From: Octopus sinensis
Lineage: Eukaryota
DNA length: 64,000 nt
Direction: 5' to 3'
Assembly (NCBI RefSeq): GCF_006345805.1
Contig: NC_042999.1
Coordinates: 14,012,001 to 14,076,000, forward strand
A program made the position numbers and the translations under genes. Shown piece after piece: positions 1-12,685 of this stretch (the first letter of the stretch is position 1; the number at the start of each line of letters is the position of its first letter). Below the pieces are notes generated by a model, which was not told the DNA's origin, ran no database searches, and saw nothing but the letters and a program-made list of their open reading frames with translations.

Positions 1-160
1 TCCTTGGAAATTTCAAGGAAAACCCCCTCTACAGACTTTTCCAAAAAGTCCTCATCCTCTCAACTCCTCCTCCTTGGAATTTTCCAGGAAGTCCTTCTCC
101 TTCCTCCCCCTCCTGGGACTTTTCCAGGAAATTCCCATCCTCCCCCCTCAGCCTTTTCCA
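1..160 (-). repeat. GA-rich ~28-30 bp minisatellite (unit like GGAGGAGGGACTTCCTGGAAAGTTCC), cut by the window edge
   Basis: Reverse complement of the array at 42760-43140. Confidence 0.6.
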
Positions 161-299
161 GTCCGGAATGCTAATGCTTCTGCCAGCTTGCCACCTTAAT
201 AATCATTTCCACTATAGGAACAAGGCCTGCAATTTTGGAGAATGGGCTAACGTTTCTGCCAGCTCGACGCCTTAATACATAGGTATAGTCTTTTCTTTT

Positions 300-2175
300 C
301 TACTCTAGGCACAAGGCCTGAAGTTTTTGGGAGAGGGGGCCAGTCGATTAGATTGACCCCAGTACACAACTGGCACTTAATTTATTGACCCTGAAAGATG
401 AAAAGTAAAGTCGACCTCTGCGGAATTTGAACTCAGAATGTAGAGACAGGCGAAATATTATAACTTATGATATTCTTTTCTACTCCTCAAAATTTTTGGG
501 GAGGGGCTCAGTCGATTAGATTGACCCCAGTACACAACTTGTACTTAATTTATTGACCCTGAAAGGATGAAAAGCAAAGTCGACCGCAGCGGGATTTGAA
601 CTCAGAATGTAGAGACAGGTGAAATATTATAACTTATGATATTCTTTTCTACTCCCCGAAATTTTGGGGGAGGGGGCCAGTCGATTAGATTGACCCCAGT
701 ACACAACTGGTACTTAATTTATTGACCCTGAAAGGATGAAAAGCAAAGTTGACCTCAGCAGAATTTGAACTCAGAATGTAGAGACAGGTGAAATATTATA
801 ACTTATGATATTCTTTTCTACTCCCCGAAATTTTTGGGGAGGAGGCCAGTCGATTAGATTGACCCCAGTACACAACTGGTACTTAATTTATCTGCCCTGA
901 AAGGATGACAGGCAAAGTTGACCTCAGCAGAATTTGAACTCAGAATGTAGAGACAGGCGAAATATTATAACTTATGATATTCTTTTCTACTCCCCAAAAT
1001 TTTTGGGGAGGGGCCAGTCTATTAAATTGACTCCAGTACACAACTGGTACTTAATTTATTGACCCTGAAAGGATAAAAGGCAAAGTCGACCTCAGCAGAA
1101 TTTGAACTCAGAATGTAGAGACAGGTGAAATATTATAACTTATGATATTCTTTTCTACTCCCCGAAATTTTTGGGGAGGGGGGGGGGCAGTCGATTAGAT
1201 CAACCCCAGTACACAACTGGTACTTAATTTATTGACCCAGAAAGGATGAAAAGCAAAGTCGACTTCAGCAGAATTTGAACTCAGAACGTAGAGACAGGTG
1301 AAATATTATAACTTATGATATTCTTTTCTACTCCCCGAAATTTTTGGGGAGGAGGCCAGTCGATTAGATCGACCCTAGTACACAACTGGTACTTAATTTA
1401 TTGAACCTGAAAGGATGAAAGGCAAAGTCGACCTGAGTGGAATTTGAACTCAGAATGTAAAGACAGGCGAAATATTATAACTTATGATATTCTTTTCTAC
1501 TCCCCGAAATTTTTGGGGAAGGGGCCAGTCGATTAGATTGATCCCAGTATACAACTGGTACTTAATTTATTGACCCTGAAAGGATGAAAAGTAAAGTCGA
1601 CCTCAGCAGAATTTGAACTCAGAACGTAGAAACAGGCGAAATATTATAACTTATGATATTCTCAGAATGTAGAGATAGGCGAAATGTTAACTTATGATAT
1701 TCTTTTCTACTCTCCGAAATTTTCGGAGAGGGGCTAGTATACAATTGGTACTTAATTTATTGACCCTGAAAGGATGAAAAGTAAAGTCGACCTCAGTGGA
1801 ATTTGAACTCAGAACGTAGAGACAGGTGAAATATTATAACTTATGATATTCTTTTCTACTCCCAGAAATTTTTGGGGAAGGGGTCCAGTCGATTAGATTG
1901 ACCCCAGTACACAACTGGTACTTAATTTCGTCTGCGGTTATGTTGTGAGTTCAAATTCCGCCGAGGTCGACTTTGCCTTTCATCCTTTCGGGGTCGATTA
2001 AATAAGTACCAGTTACACACTGGGGTTGATATAATCGACTTGATACCTATGTCTGTCCTTGTTTGTCCCCTCTATGTTTAGCCCCTTGTGGGTAATAAAG
2101 AAATAGGTACTTAATTTATTGACCCTGAAAGGATGAAAGGCAAAGTCGACCACAGTGGGATTTGAACTCAGAACG
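300..2175 (-). repeat. Tandem array of about 10 SINE-derived units, period ~169 bp
   Basis: The motif CAGTCGATTAG (with variants) recurs at ~341, 510, 678, 848, 1015, 1188, 1357 and 1526. Each unit has a B-box (GAGTTCAAATTC on minus) and the SINE core. An opposite-orientation SINE piece at ~1928-2105 is flanked by the direct repeat GGTACTTAATTT. Confidence 0.9.
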
Positions 2176-2409
2176 TTAATATTGAACATCTTACAGCTGG
2201 AAATCCCGTGAACTCATGTATTTTCTAAACAGATCAGAATTTATTTGTGTTTGCTTATTTGCTTTAATATTTACGTCATTCAAACTAAATAGATTCACAA
2301 ATCGCGTTTCTCTTACGCAGCTTGTGAAGGGGAAGGGAATGGGTGTATGTGAAATGAAATGAATTTGAAATATTTCATGGGTAACTACTCTTCTTTAAGA
2401 CATTGTAAT

Positions 2410-2410
2410 T

Positions 2411-2456
<46 letters not shown>

Positions 2457-2912
2457 CAGAAGCAGCAGTTCTGATAGTAACAGTAGCAGTAGCAGTAGTA
2501 GTAGTAGTAGTAGTAGTAGTAGTCGTTGTAGTGGCAGAAGCAGCAGTTCTGATAGTAACAGTAGTAGTAGTAGTAGTATTGGTGGTAGTGGTATTGGTAG
2601 TAGTAGTAGCAGCAGTGGTAGTAGCAGTAGTAGTAGTAATAGTAGTAGTAGTAGTAGTAATAGTAGTAGTAGTAGTAGTAATAGTAGTAGTAGTAGTAGC
2701 AGTATTGATAGTGGTGGTAGTAGTAGTATTGGTAGTAGTGGTATTGGTAGTAGTAGTAGTCATTGTAGTTGTAGAAGTAGAAGTAGTATAGGTAGCAGCA
2801 GTAGTAGTCGTTGTAGTAGTTGTAATAGTAGTAGTAGTAGTAGTAGTAGTAGTAGCAGCAGCAGCAGCAGTATTGAGACGGTGGTAGTAGTAGTAGTAGT
2901 ATTGGTAGCAGC

Positions 2913-2955
<43 letters not shown>
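2410..2955. repeat. Degenerate (AGT)n/(AGC)n microsatellite
   Basis: Direct reading; it explains the poly-S, poly-T, poly-Y and poly-V ORFs. Confidence 0.95.
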
Positions 2956-5321
2956 TGCAACACGGTATAGTAATTCTCTTCAAGAAGAAATGTTGTTTAT
3001 GCATCAGTTGATGTGACTGATTGAAATCTTTGAGACTTATGGGAGCATGACTCCGACTAACCTTCAGCTGTCACTCGAGATTGAGTGCAACTCGACTGAT
3101 AAAGCATGTACAATGATTTAGTCACTTGCTTAAAGCACTGGTGTAGTCATGAGTAGACAAGTGTTCCCTCTCCTCTGCTATCCTTGATTACCGAAGGAGA
3201 TGAATGGTTTGAAGGAGAGAGGACCGCCCCAGCACTGTGCCTTTTCTTTTTTTTATTTATTTGATCAACTCTAAATGAATGAAAGGTCAGCTTGGCATTT
3301 TCAGGATTTGAACTCAAATTGCTGTGAGCTACAATAATTATCATGCTGGAATTTATATGATGCTCCAATGACTCAGTCAATCGATAGATGAGGAATTCTG
3401 ATTCATCATCATCATCATCATCATCGTTTAACGTCCGTTTTCCATCTAGCATGAGTTGGACAGTTCGACCGGGGTCTGGGAATCCAGAAGGCTGCACCAG
3501 GCTCTAGTCTGATCTGGCAGTGTTTCTACAGCTGGATGCCTTTCCTAATGCCAACCACTCCGTGAGTGTAGTGGGTGCTTTTTACGTGCCACCGACACAG
3601 AAGGCAGTCAAGGTGGCACTGGCATTGGCCACGATCGGTTGGTGCTTTTTATGTGCCACCGGCACAGGGATCACAGCTACAATTTCCATTTGATTTTTTG
3701 ATGTTGATGTACTTGACTCAATATGTCTCCTCAAGCACAGTGTGATTGGCGATCTTATTTATATGAATCAGAATTTTATTTTACTTTCTATAAAAATATT
3801 ATTTAGTTGAAATAAACTTTAATTTAATATCTAAACCCCGCCCCCCAAATTGCACCAATATTATTCTTCTTAGCCCTTTTTAAGCCTAGCCAGGCTCATG
3901 GGCCTGGTTTCCCGGTTTCTGTGGCATATATGTTCCCCCCAGCTGGACAGGATGCCAGTCCATAGCAGCGTTACTCAAGAAACAGGAAGAGAGAGAGTGA
4001 GAGAAAGTTGTGGCGAAAGAGTACACTAGGGGTGAAGACTATTGAAAAGGTTGCATGATGCAACGAAAATTTTAGGAAAATAAAAATAAGAAATAAGTGG
4101 AAATTTTATCGGTGTGTGTGTTACATTATAAGGCACAAAAAGAAAATGACTCTCCCCAGACACAACAGAATATATATATTCTTTTACTTGTTTCAATCAT
4201 TTGACTGCAGCCATGCTGGAGCACGGACTTTAGTCGAACAAATCAACTCCTGGACTTATTCTTTGTAATCTAGTACTTATTCTATCGATCCCTTTTGCTG
4301 AACTGCTAAGTTACAGGGGACATAAACGCACCAACATCAGTTGTCAAGCGATGGTGGGGAGACAAACACAGACACACAAATACACAAACACACACACACA
4401 TACACACACATACATGATGGGCTTCTTTCAGTTTCCATGTACCAAATCCACTCACAAGGCTTTGGTTGGCCCGAGGCTACAGTATAATGCACTTGCCCAA
4501 GGTGCCTTATAGTGGGACTGAACAGAAAACCATGTGGTTGGGAAGCAAGCTTTTTGCCACATAACCACTCCTGCGCCCCCACACACACACATACATCGCT
4601 CTTCTTTCGATTACTGTTCACCAAGTCCACACACATGACCTTGTTTGGACCAGAGCTATAGAAGAAGTTATTTACCCAAGGTTCTGCACAGTGAGATTGA
4701 ACCCAAGACCACATAGTTGGGAGGTAAGCCTCTTAACCCCACAGCCATGCTACGATATTTGCACGATCCCAGTGCTTAACAGGTACTTAATTTATCGAAC
4801 CCGAAAGGATGGAAGGCAAAGTCGACCTCAGTGGAATTTGAACTCAGAACGCAAAGATGGACGAAATTCTGCTAAGCATTTTGACTGGAATGATAACAAT
4901 TCTGCCTGGTCACCACCTTAATGCCATGCTAAGATAATAACAAGATTTTTTCAATCCTGTAAAACGGATGGGCGGCGGGATATTTATCACATAAGTGTCT
5001 ATGAGAAGTTTTTCTGAGACAAAATCTTCCAGCCAATACGTTTCAATGCTTGTATACATATTATAAATTTTAAACACTTTGGTATTTTAATCTGAGGGCA
5101 TATGTAGTTTGTTCACAAATCAATAAATGTAATTTTTAAATAAAAACAAACAGTTTTGGGATTAGCTCAGAAAGTCCGGGGATTTCCTGACGAAGGAGAC
5201 CATATCAGATTGAAACACCGTACGGAGCAGATACAAGGGTGTTCTGAGAAATACCTCTTTTTTTCCCCCCTTTAATAAATGCACGAGGGTCTTTCGGAAG
5301 TTTTTCTTAAACAAAATGTTA

Positions 5322-6086
5322 GGATCTTTTTGGTTTGAACAGCAGTTTTTAACATAATTTCTAGGTAACTAAAATATTTTAAACTTCGTATTCTGGTAGA
5401 ATGTGTTTATAAAACATCTTTTTCTCTTGGCTTTATTGAGAAAATTCTCTAGTTTGTAAAGATATTTGTTGTTTTTTTCTTCAATTTCTGCAATTTCAAC
5501 CAATCAATGACCTCTATTGAGGTAAAAAAAACATTCTGTGCCGTATGAATATGTCCCTTGTTTAAGAAACAGATTGGGTTTATTTACATTTGAGAAGAAA
5601 AAAAGATACCCTTCACCCCACCCCTAACCCTAACCCTGAAACAGATTGAAATGCAATAGATCGATACTAAGGTCATAATTATGGGTGACAATTTCATATG
5701 ACACTGCTAGAAAAAACTGCCGTTCAAACCGAAAAGATCCTGTTTCTTAAACGAGGGACATATTCATACGGCACAGAATGTTTTTTTTTTTTTACCTCAA
5801 TAGAGATCATTAATTGGTTGAAATTGCAGAAATTGAAGAAAAACAACAACAAATATCCTACAAACTATAGAATTTTCTCAATAAAGCCAAGAAAAAAAGA
5901 TGTTTTATAAACACATTCTACGAGTATACGGTCAAACCGAAAAGATCCAAGAAACAGATTGGTTTTATTTACATTTGTGAAGAAAAAAAAAGATACCCTT
6001 CCCCCCACCCCTAACATCTAACTCTAACCCTGACTAATCCTACCTAGAAATTATGTTAAAAACTGCCGTTGAAACGGAAAAGATCC
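5322..6086. mobile_element. Non-autonomous DNA transposon (MITE) with GG-initiated TIRs and an 8-bp TSD, Merlin-like; internally rearranged
   Basis: TIRs GGATCTTTTTGGTTTGAACAGCAGTTTTT / AAAAACTGCCGTTGAAACGGAAAAGATCC. Perfect TSD AAATGTTA at 5314-5321 and 6087-6094. Internal CCCTAA repeats. Confidence 0.8.
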
Positions 6087-6694
6087 AAATGTTACAGCTA
6101 GTGCACCAATTTGTCGATTTTCTCTTTCATGTTTATAATGTCACATCGGGGCAAAATTGTAAAGGTGAAACAGAAAATTGATAAATCAATGCTTTGCGAT
6201 GAACTTCACTTAAAACATTTGTTCTGCATTGAATTAAGATACTCTCTTGTCACTGACAACTGCAGCAAAGCAGTGAATCTGCCGTTGTTCTGGTGAAAAC
6301 CTGTTTCTAACGATGCTACATTTCTCCAATTGCGATATATTTAAAAAAAAAAAAAACGGGGTTTGCTTTGTAAGGGAGGTAACTCTAAATGACTTCCATT
6401 GCTTTCTTTCCTTTTCCAACCGCAATTATTTCCCTTAGCATACTTCAAACGTTTAAACAGTTTTTATATGAATGTGATTAAATATTTTGTTGTACTTTAA
6501 GGCGGCGAGCTAGCAGAATCATTAGCACGCCGGGCAAAATGTTTAGCAGCATTTCATCCGTCTTTATTTTCTGAGTTCAAATTCCGCCGAGGTCGACTTT
6601 ACCATACATCCCTTTACAGTCGATAAAATAAATACCAGTTGAACATTGGAGTCGATGTAATCGACTGAGCCGGTCCCCTAAACCAATATTTTAC

Positions 6695-6890
6695 TCTTTT
6701 ACTTGTTTCAGACATTTGACTGCGGCCGTACTGGAACACCGCCTTTAGTCGACCAAATCGACTCCAGAACTTATTCTTTGGAAGCCTAGTACTTATTCTA
6801 TCGGCCTCTTTTGCCGAACCGCTAAGTTACGGGTACGTAAACACACCAGCATCGATTGTCAAGCGATGTTGGGGGGGGGGGGGCAAACAA

Positions 6891-6921
<31 letters not shown>

Positions 6922-7068
6922 CAACAGGCTTTCCGTGTACTAAATCCACTGACAAAGCTTTGGTCGATCCGAGGCTATAGTAGAAGATGCTTGCCCAAGG
7001 TGCTAATGCAGTGGGACTGAACCCGGTTCGTTAGCAAGCTACTTACCACACAGTCACTCCTACTCCTA
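6695..7068 (-). mobile_element. tRNA-derived CORE-type SINE (octopus OR-like family A), representative copy
   Basis: The family head has A/B boxes followed by CACCTTGGGCAAG (resembles the CORE domain), an internal CA/TA microsatellite and a 3' end like GACTGAAACAAGTAAAAGAG. More than 20 copies or fragments in the window. Confidence 0.85.
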
Positions 7069-7857
7069 TAGAATTTTGTTGAAATTCATTGAATAAATAA
7101 AGCGACTCAAGCAACAAATAACAAATGCACAGTGCAGCAAAGAACAATACATACGATAATAGTACAGTGTTGTTGTTTAAACACATCGTCATTCACGATC
7201 CACTAGAATTATGATGAAAGATATTCCAGTTTATATCATCAAATCTTTCCAGACATATCGAGGGCGACATTATTGTATGTGACTCTCCTGTTTATTTTTT
7301 GCTTTTATTGTCTTTTCCTTATAAGACAGCTTGGGGCTTGATGAAGATTTGACTGCTATTTCTAGGAGCACTTGTTTCTATGTTGAGATTTAATAGACTC
7401 GGAAACAGCTATAGTTTGAATTAATAATCGAAAACAGCATAATTTATAAAGTTAAACTGAGGAAATGGGGGGAAAATGTAAAGGATAACCAAATAGAAGG
7501 ATGTATTTTCCATCAATCTTAAATCGCATGTGGAGAAACTTGTGTCCCTCACTAAAATGTTTTAGAGGCGCCCCTAAAAAGGCTCAGTCTGTAATTTCTT
7601 AATGCAGTTATTGAAACCCTAGCGCAAAATATTGTACAGAAACAATTCTGTGTCAAATAACTGAAGGGTAATTTATTTAATTACCATAGGCGGAAGCATG
7701 GCTGTGTGGTAAGTAGCCTGCTTACCAACCACATGGTTCCGGGTTCGGTCCCCCTGGGTGGCACTTTAGGCAAGTGTCTTCCACTATAGCCTCGGGCCGA
7801 CTAAAGCCTTGTGAGTGGATTTGGTAGAAGGAAACTGAAAGAAGACCGATATATATA

Positions 7858-7916
<59 letters not shown>

Positions 7917-7917
7917 A

Positions 7918-7959
<42 letters not shown>

Positions 7960-8510
7960 GTGTCTGTGTTTGTTCCCCCCCACCATCGCTTAACAACCAA
8001 TGGTGGTGTGTTTAGTCCCCGTAATATAGCGGTTCGGTAAAAGAGACCGATAATATAAGTACTAGGCTCGACTAAAGGCGGTGCTCCAGCATTGCCGCAG
8101 GCAAAAGACTGAAGCAAGAAAAAGAATATAAGGATATCGACATTTTCTGTCCCTTAATATATTTGTGAGGCAAAACAAAGACACGGATCAAGGCCTGAAA
8201 TTTTGGGGGAAGGGGCCAATCGATTAGATCAACCCGAGTGCGCAACTGTTATTTAATTTATCGATCCCGAAAAGGTGAAAGGTAAAGTCGACCTCAGCGG
8301 AATTTGAACTCAGAACTTAAAGACAGACGAACACGGATCAAATATTAATTTAAGTTTAAATGTCGTATGTCATATGCATGCATGCATGTATGTCTGTATG
8401 TATGTATGTATGTACGTACGTATGCATGTATGTATGTGTGTGTACGTACGTACATATATACATACATACATAGATACATACAAACAAGCATACATACATA
8501 CATACATACA

Positions 8511-9885
8511 TGATGGTCGTCCACTCGTGACCGAGGAAGACTAATGCTGACTTTCAGGAACATTGTGCGCTCTAGGACTAACTTATATTTTGCATTTGCG
8601 GCTCCATGGCGGCTAATGATCCCTGCTCTTGATAAGCATACACGACTGCAAACGTTGAAGACCAAGCTTTCCAAATTCACTACACTAGCAGTGTGCTTTC
8701 GAGCAGCACGCTTAAATTCTTCATGCAGAATACGTGCTCTTTCAAAAGTGTCGACTTCCTACTTAACCTGCTTCGTCTATCTGTGGCGATGACAGGCACG
8801 GCTCTCCCACTCAGTCTCCTGCATATCACAGGCCTTTAACGAGGACTTGACACAGTCCTTAAATTGCAGCCTTAGTTTCTGCCGAGGTCTCTTTCCATTG
8901 ACAAGTTCCCCATATACCATCTGTTTAGGGATCCTGCTATCCTTCATTCTAATAAGGTGTCCAGTTCAACGTAACCGGTGCTTGTGCACCATCGCCCCAA
9001 TACTCAAGATATCAGCTGTCCTCAGCTTCCTGTGTGTTTGGAGTTTTTAGGGTCCAGCAAACATGCAGAATGTGTCTCAGACATCTCTGATGAAAGCGTT
9101 CAAGGACCCTTACATGGCGTTTGTAAAGGGTCCGTGTCTCACATGAGTAGAGAAGCGATGTCAGTACACATGCATGGTACACAGCAATTTTTGTTTGCCT
9201 TGTGATGCCATGCTGGGGCAAACTCAAGGGACCGGAAGGAATCAGTTGCTCCTTGCAGCTTAAAAGATATTTCATCATCCAGGGAGCAAGAACGGATGAG
9301 TTTGCTGCCCAGATAGACAAATACCACTTTCAGTATTGTTCCTTCAACCAATATAGCTGGTTCCAAATATGGATTTCCTGGTGCAGGCTGGAACATTACA
9401 ACAGTCTTGTCCAGGCTAATGCTAAGTCCAAATGCCTTGAAAGAAGCAGAAATATGATTCATAAGTCTTTGCATGTCATCCACTGTATGAGTGACTAAGT
9501 TACAGTCATCTGCATAAAGGAGGTCACAAATAAGAGACTGGAAAATTTTTGAATTGGCTGCAAATCGGCGCAGATTAAAGAGGTGGCCAGAAGATCGATA
9601 CCTGACATATATTCCCAGAGAACTAACCTTGGCAAAAGTATGAGTAAAAGCAGCAGCAAAGTACAAAGAAAAGAGAGTTGGGGCAAAGATGTCACCCTGC
9701 TTGACACCATTTTTTTACAGGAATGGGTCTCGCCAACAGTGACCCAAGCCTCCATCCCATCATGAAATGATCTTATTATAGATACAAAGTGATCCAGGCA
9801 TCCAAGTATTTTCCATAGCAAGGTCCTATTCACAGTATCAAAGGCCTTGATTAAATTAATGAATACCTGGACAATATTTTCTTTT
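8511..9885 (-). mobile_element. 5'-truncated, frameshifted RTE-clade LINE (RT plus C-terminal region)
   Basis: Minus-strand fragments FINLIKAFDTVNR, DLLYADDC, FGLSISLDKT, YLGS, KIAVYHACVLTSLLYSCET, LERFHQRCLRHIL and the zinc-finger-like tail VCSRVCLSRAGIISRH; ends in a (TATG)n tract. Confidence 0.92.
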
Positions 9886-10161
9886 ATATACATACATAAA
9901 AAATATTGCGCATGTCTAGCTTAGATAAGGAGCAGGCTCGTGGCCTAATAGTTCGGTTGTTAAACTTACTATCGCAAGATCGTAGTTTCAATTCCCAGAC
10001 GGGGCGTTGTGTTCTTGAGCAAAAGACTTCACTCAACGTTGTTCCCGTCCACTCAGCTGGCAAAAACGAACAACCCCGTAACGGACTGGGAAACGCTGTG
10101 ATCTCGGTCATTTATACACCTCAGGACCTGGCCTTGTAATTCCTCGGAGTCGAGACAATTG

Positions 10162-10576
10162 GGATCTTTTCGGTTTGAACGGCAGTTTTTAAAAATAATT
10201 TCCACGTAACTAAACACTTTTAAACTTCGTATACTGGTAGAATGTGTTTATTAAACATCTTTTTTTTCTTGGCTTTATTGAGAAAATTTTATAGTTTGTA
10301 AGATATTTGTTGTTTTTTTTCTTCAATTTCTGCAATTTCAACCAATCAATGACGTCTAGTGAGTTAAAAAGCATTCTGTGCCGTATGAATATATCCCTCG
10401 TTTAAGAAACAGATTGGGTTTATTTACATTTGTGAAGAAAAAAAGAAGATACCCTTACCCCACCCCTAACCCTAAAACAGAATGAAATGCAATAGATCGA
10501 TACTAGGGTCATAATTATGGGTGGCAATTTCATATGACACCGCTAGAAAAAACTGTTGTTCAAACCGAAAAGATCC
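10162..10576. mobile_element. Second copy of the Merlin-like MITE (unit length ~415 bp)
   Basis: TIRs GGATCTTTTCGGTTTGAACGGCAGTTTTT / AAAAACTGTTGTTCAAACCGAAAAGATCC; TSD GACAATTG/GACAGTTG. Confidence 0.85.
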
Positions 10577-12600
10577 GACAGTTGTTTTACTTTTATTTGC
10601 TTAGATAACAATAAATGATAGTTAAATATTATTTCGTGAGTTTTAATGTTGCTATCTCATTCAGGAACAAGCAATTCTGCCACACTTCATAATTCATGCA
10701 GGGGAAGTAACTATAATTTCTTTCTTGGTAAAACGTTTGTTAATGTTTGCAGTTATACATTTATGAATTTTAATTAGTAAGTGTATAAATTTATGAATAA
10801 AAGTATATTTTGTAAGTGTACATTTATGCATATATAAATAAATGCAATTTTTTAAAAAATCAATGGACTACAGAAACGTAAAGGTTTAGATTTAGGTGTC
10901 ACATTTCGAAGTTTCTGCGGTTTTTCAGGGCAGTTTGGACCGTTCAGTCTATAATTGCTTCCGATGGCTGTACAAAAATCTCAGACTTATAGAGAAATCG
11001 AATGCTGTATATTAAACAAAAAATTATGAAATTTTCATTTGATAAATATTTACAGGCTTTAAATATGATTGTAGGAATTATCTCCCCTAAATATACTGAG
11101 ACTCGATCTGTCTTAGCTCTGAACTCTTTTACTTTGACTGTGGCCATGCTGGAGCACCGCCTTTAGTCGAGCAAATCGACCCCTGGACTTATTCTTTGTA
11201 AGCCTAGTACTTATTCTATTGGTCTTTATTGCCGAACCGCAACCAGCATCGGTTGTCAAGCGATATTAGGAGGACACACAAGCGTATACACACACACACA
11301 TACATATATATGACGGGCTTCTTTCAGTTTCCGCCTACCAAATCCACTCACAAGGCTTTGGTCGGCTCGAGGCTATAGTAGAAGACACTTGCTCAAGGTA
11401 CCACGCAGTGGGACTGAACCCGGAGCCATGTGGTTGGTAAGCAAGCTACTTACCACACAGCCAGAGCCCCAAGTTCAATCTGATCGAACTAAGCATTCAT
11501 GCTGTGACCATATCGTCACTTTAAGACTTTTCCAGATTACTTTAACTCATGTGTCCCGCCCTGTCACCCACTTTTTAAAGAAGGCGGAATATGATTGATC
11601 ATCAAAATCCGTTGTTTGCCAGAAGCAAAGGAGAAAAAAATGACTTACTGTAATTTTATCTCTTTACGTCCTGACTTCAAATAATGATAATGATAATAAT
11701 GAAATTATTGTATACAGTGCTCAGGTGCACCACAACTTGTCAAAAGTGCATATAAAACATATGCAGTAATGTACAAATGTCTGGAAAGCGAACAGTGTAT
11801 GAGTCAGATACATGCTTGCGTGTGTATGGAGGGGAGAAAATCAGATCCTCCAGATTCGACTACACCACCCCTCTATCTATGGTCGATAATATTCTTTTCT
11901 ATATTGGCACAAGGCCTGAAATTTTGGGCGACGGGGCTTGTAGGTTACATCGAAGACAATACTTAACTGGTACTTATTTCGTTGACCACGAAGAGATGAA
12001 AGGCATTGTCGATCTCGGCGGAATTTGAACTCAGAACGCAAAGATAGATGAAACCCGCTAAGCGTTTTGTCCTACATGCTAATGATTCTGTAAGCTTGCC
12101 ACAAGGCCAGCATATACAGGGAAGGGGCTAGTAGTTTACTTCGATCCCAGTGCCAAACTGGTACTAATTTCATCGACTCTGAAAGCAGGAAAGGCAAAGT
12201 TGACTTCGGTAGAATTTGAACTCAGAATGTAAAGACAGACGAAATACCTATTTCCTTACTACCCTCAAGGGGTTAAACACAGAGAGGACAAACAAGGACA
12301 GACAAACGGATTAAGTCGATTATATCGACCCCATTGTGTAACTGGTACTTAATTTATCGAACCCGAAAGGATGAAAGGCAAAGTAGACCTCGGCGGAATT
12401 TGAACTCAGAACGTAGCAGTAGATGAAATACCGCTAAGCATTTCGCCCGGCTTGCTAACGTTTCTGCCAGCTCACCGCCTTTTGTCTGATCAGTACCATA
12501 GCAGTGGATATACCACCCTGTTTTGTAGTGTATGGAGTCTTAATATTGACTATATTCAGTAGTGAAAGTATGTAGCTTGGTGGGGTATTTGGCTCATGGT

Positions 12601-12685
12601 TGTGAGTTCAATTCCTGCCAGTGTGAGTTCAATTCCTGCCAGTGTGAGTTCAATTCCTGCCAGTGTGAGTTCAATTCCTGCCAAT
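12601..12685 (+). repeat. Four tandem 21-bp repeats, each a Pol III B-box, inside a decayed SINE head
   Basis: (TGTGAGTTCAATTCCTGCCAG) x4. Confidence 0.85.

Noticed and set aside
300-2175. CRISPR-like regular repeats
   Set aside because: Whole units repeat with no unique spacers, there are no cas genes, and the context is eukaryotic SINE sequence
2359-3004. Poly-Ser, poly-Tyr and poly-Thr ORFs
   Set aside because: Artefacts of (AGT)n
5610-5640. Telomere or interstitial telomeric array
   Set aside because: Only 2-3 CCCTAA units, internal to a MITE
9080-9110. CTGATGA hammerhead seed (also at 19474, 21964 and 28542)
   Set aside because: No helix II with a correctly placed GAAA; the 9080 and 19474 hits lie inside transposon coding sequence
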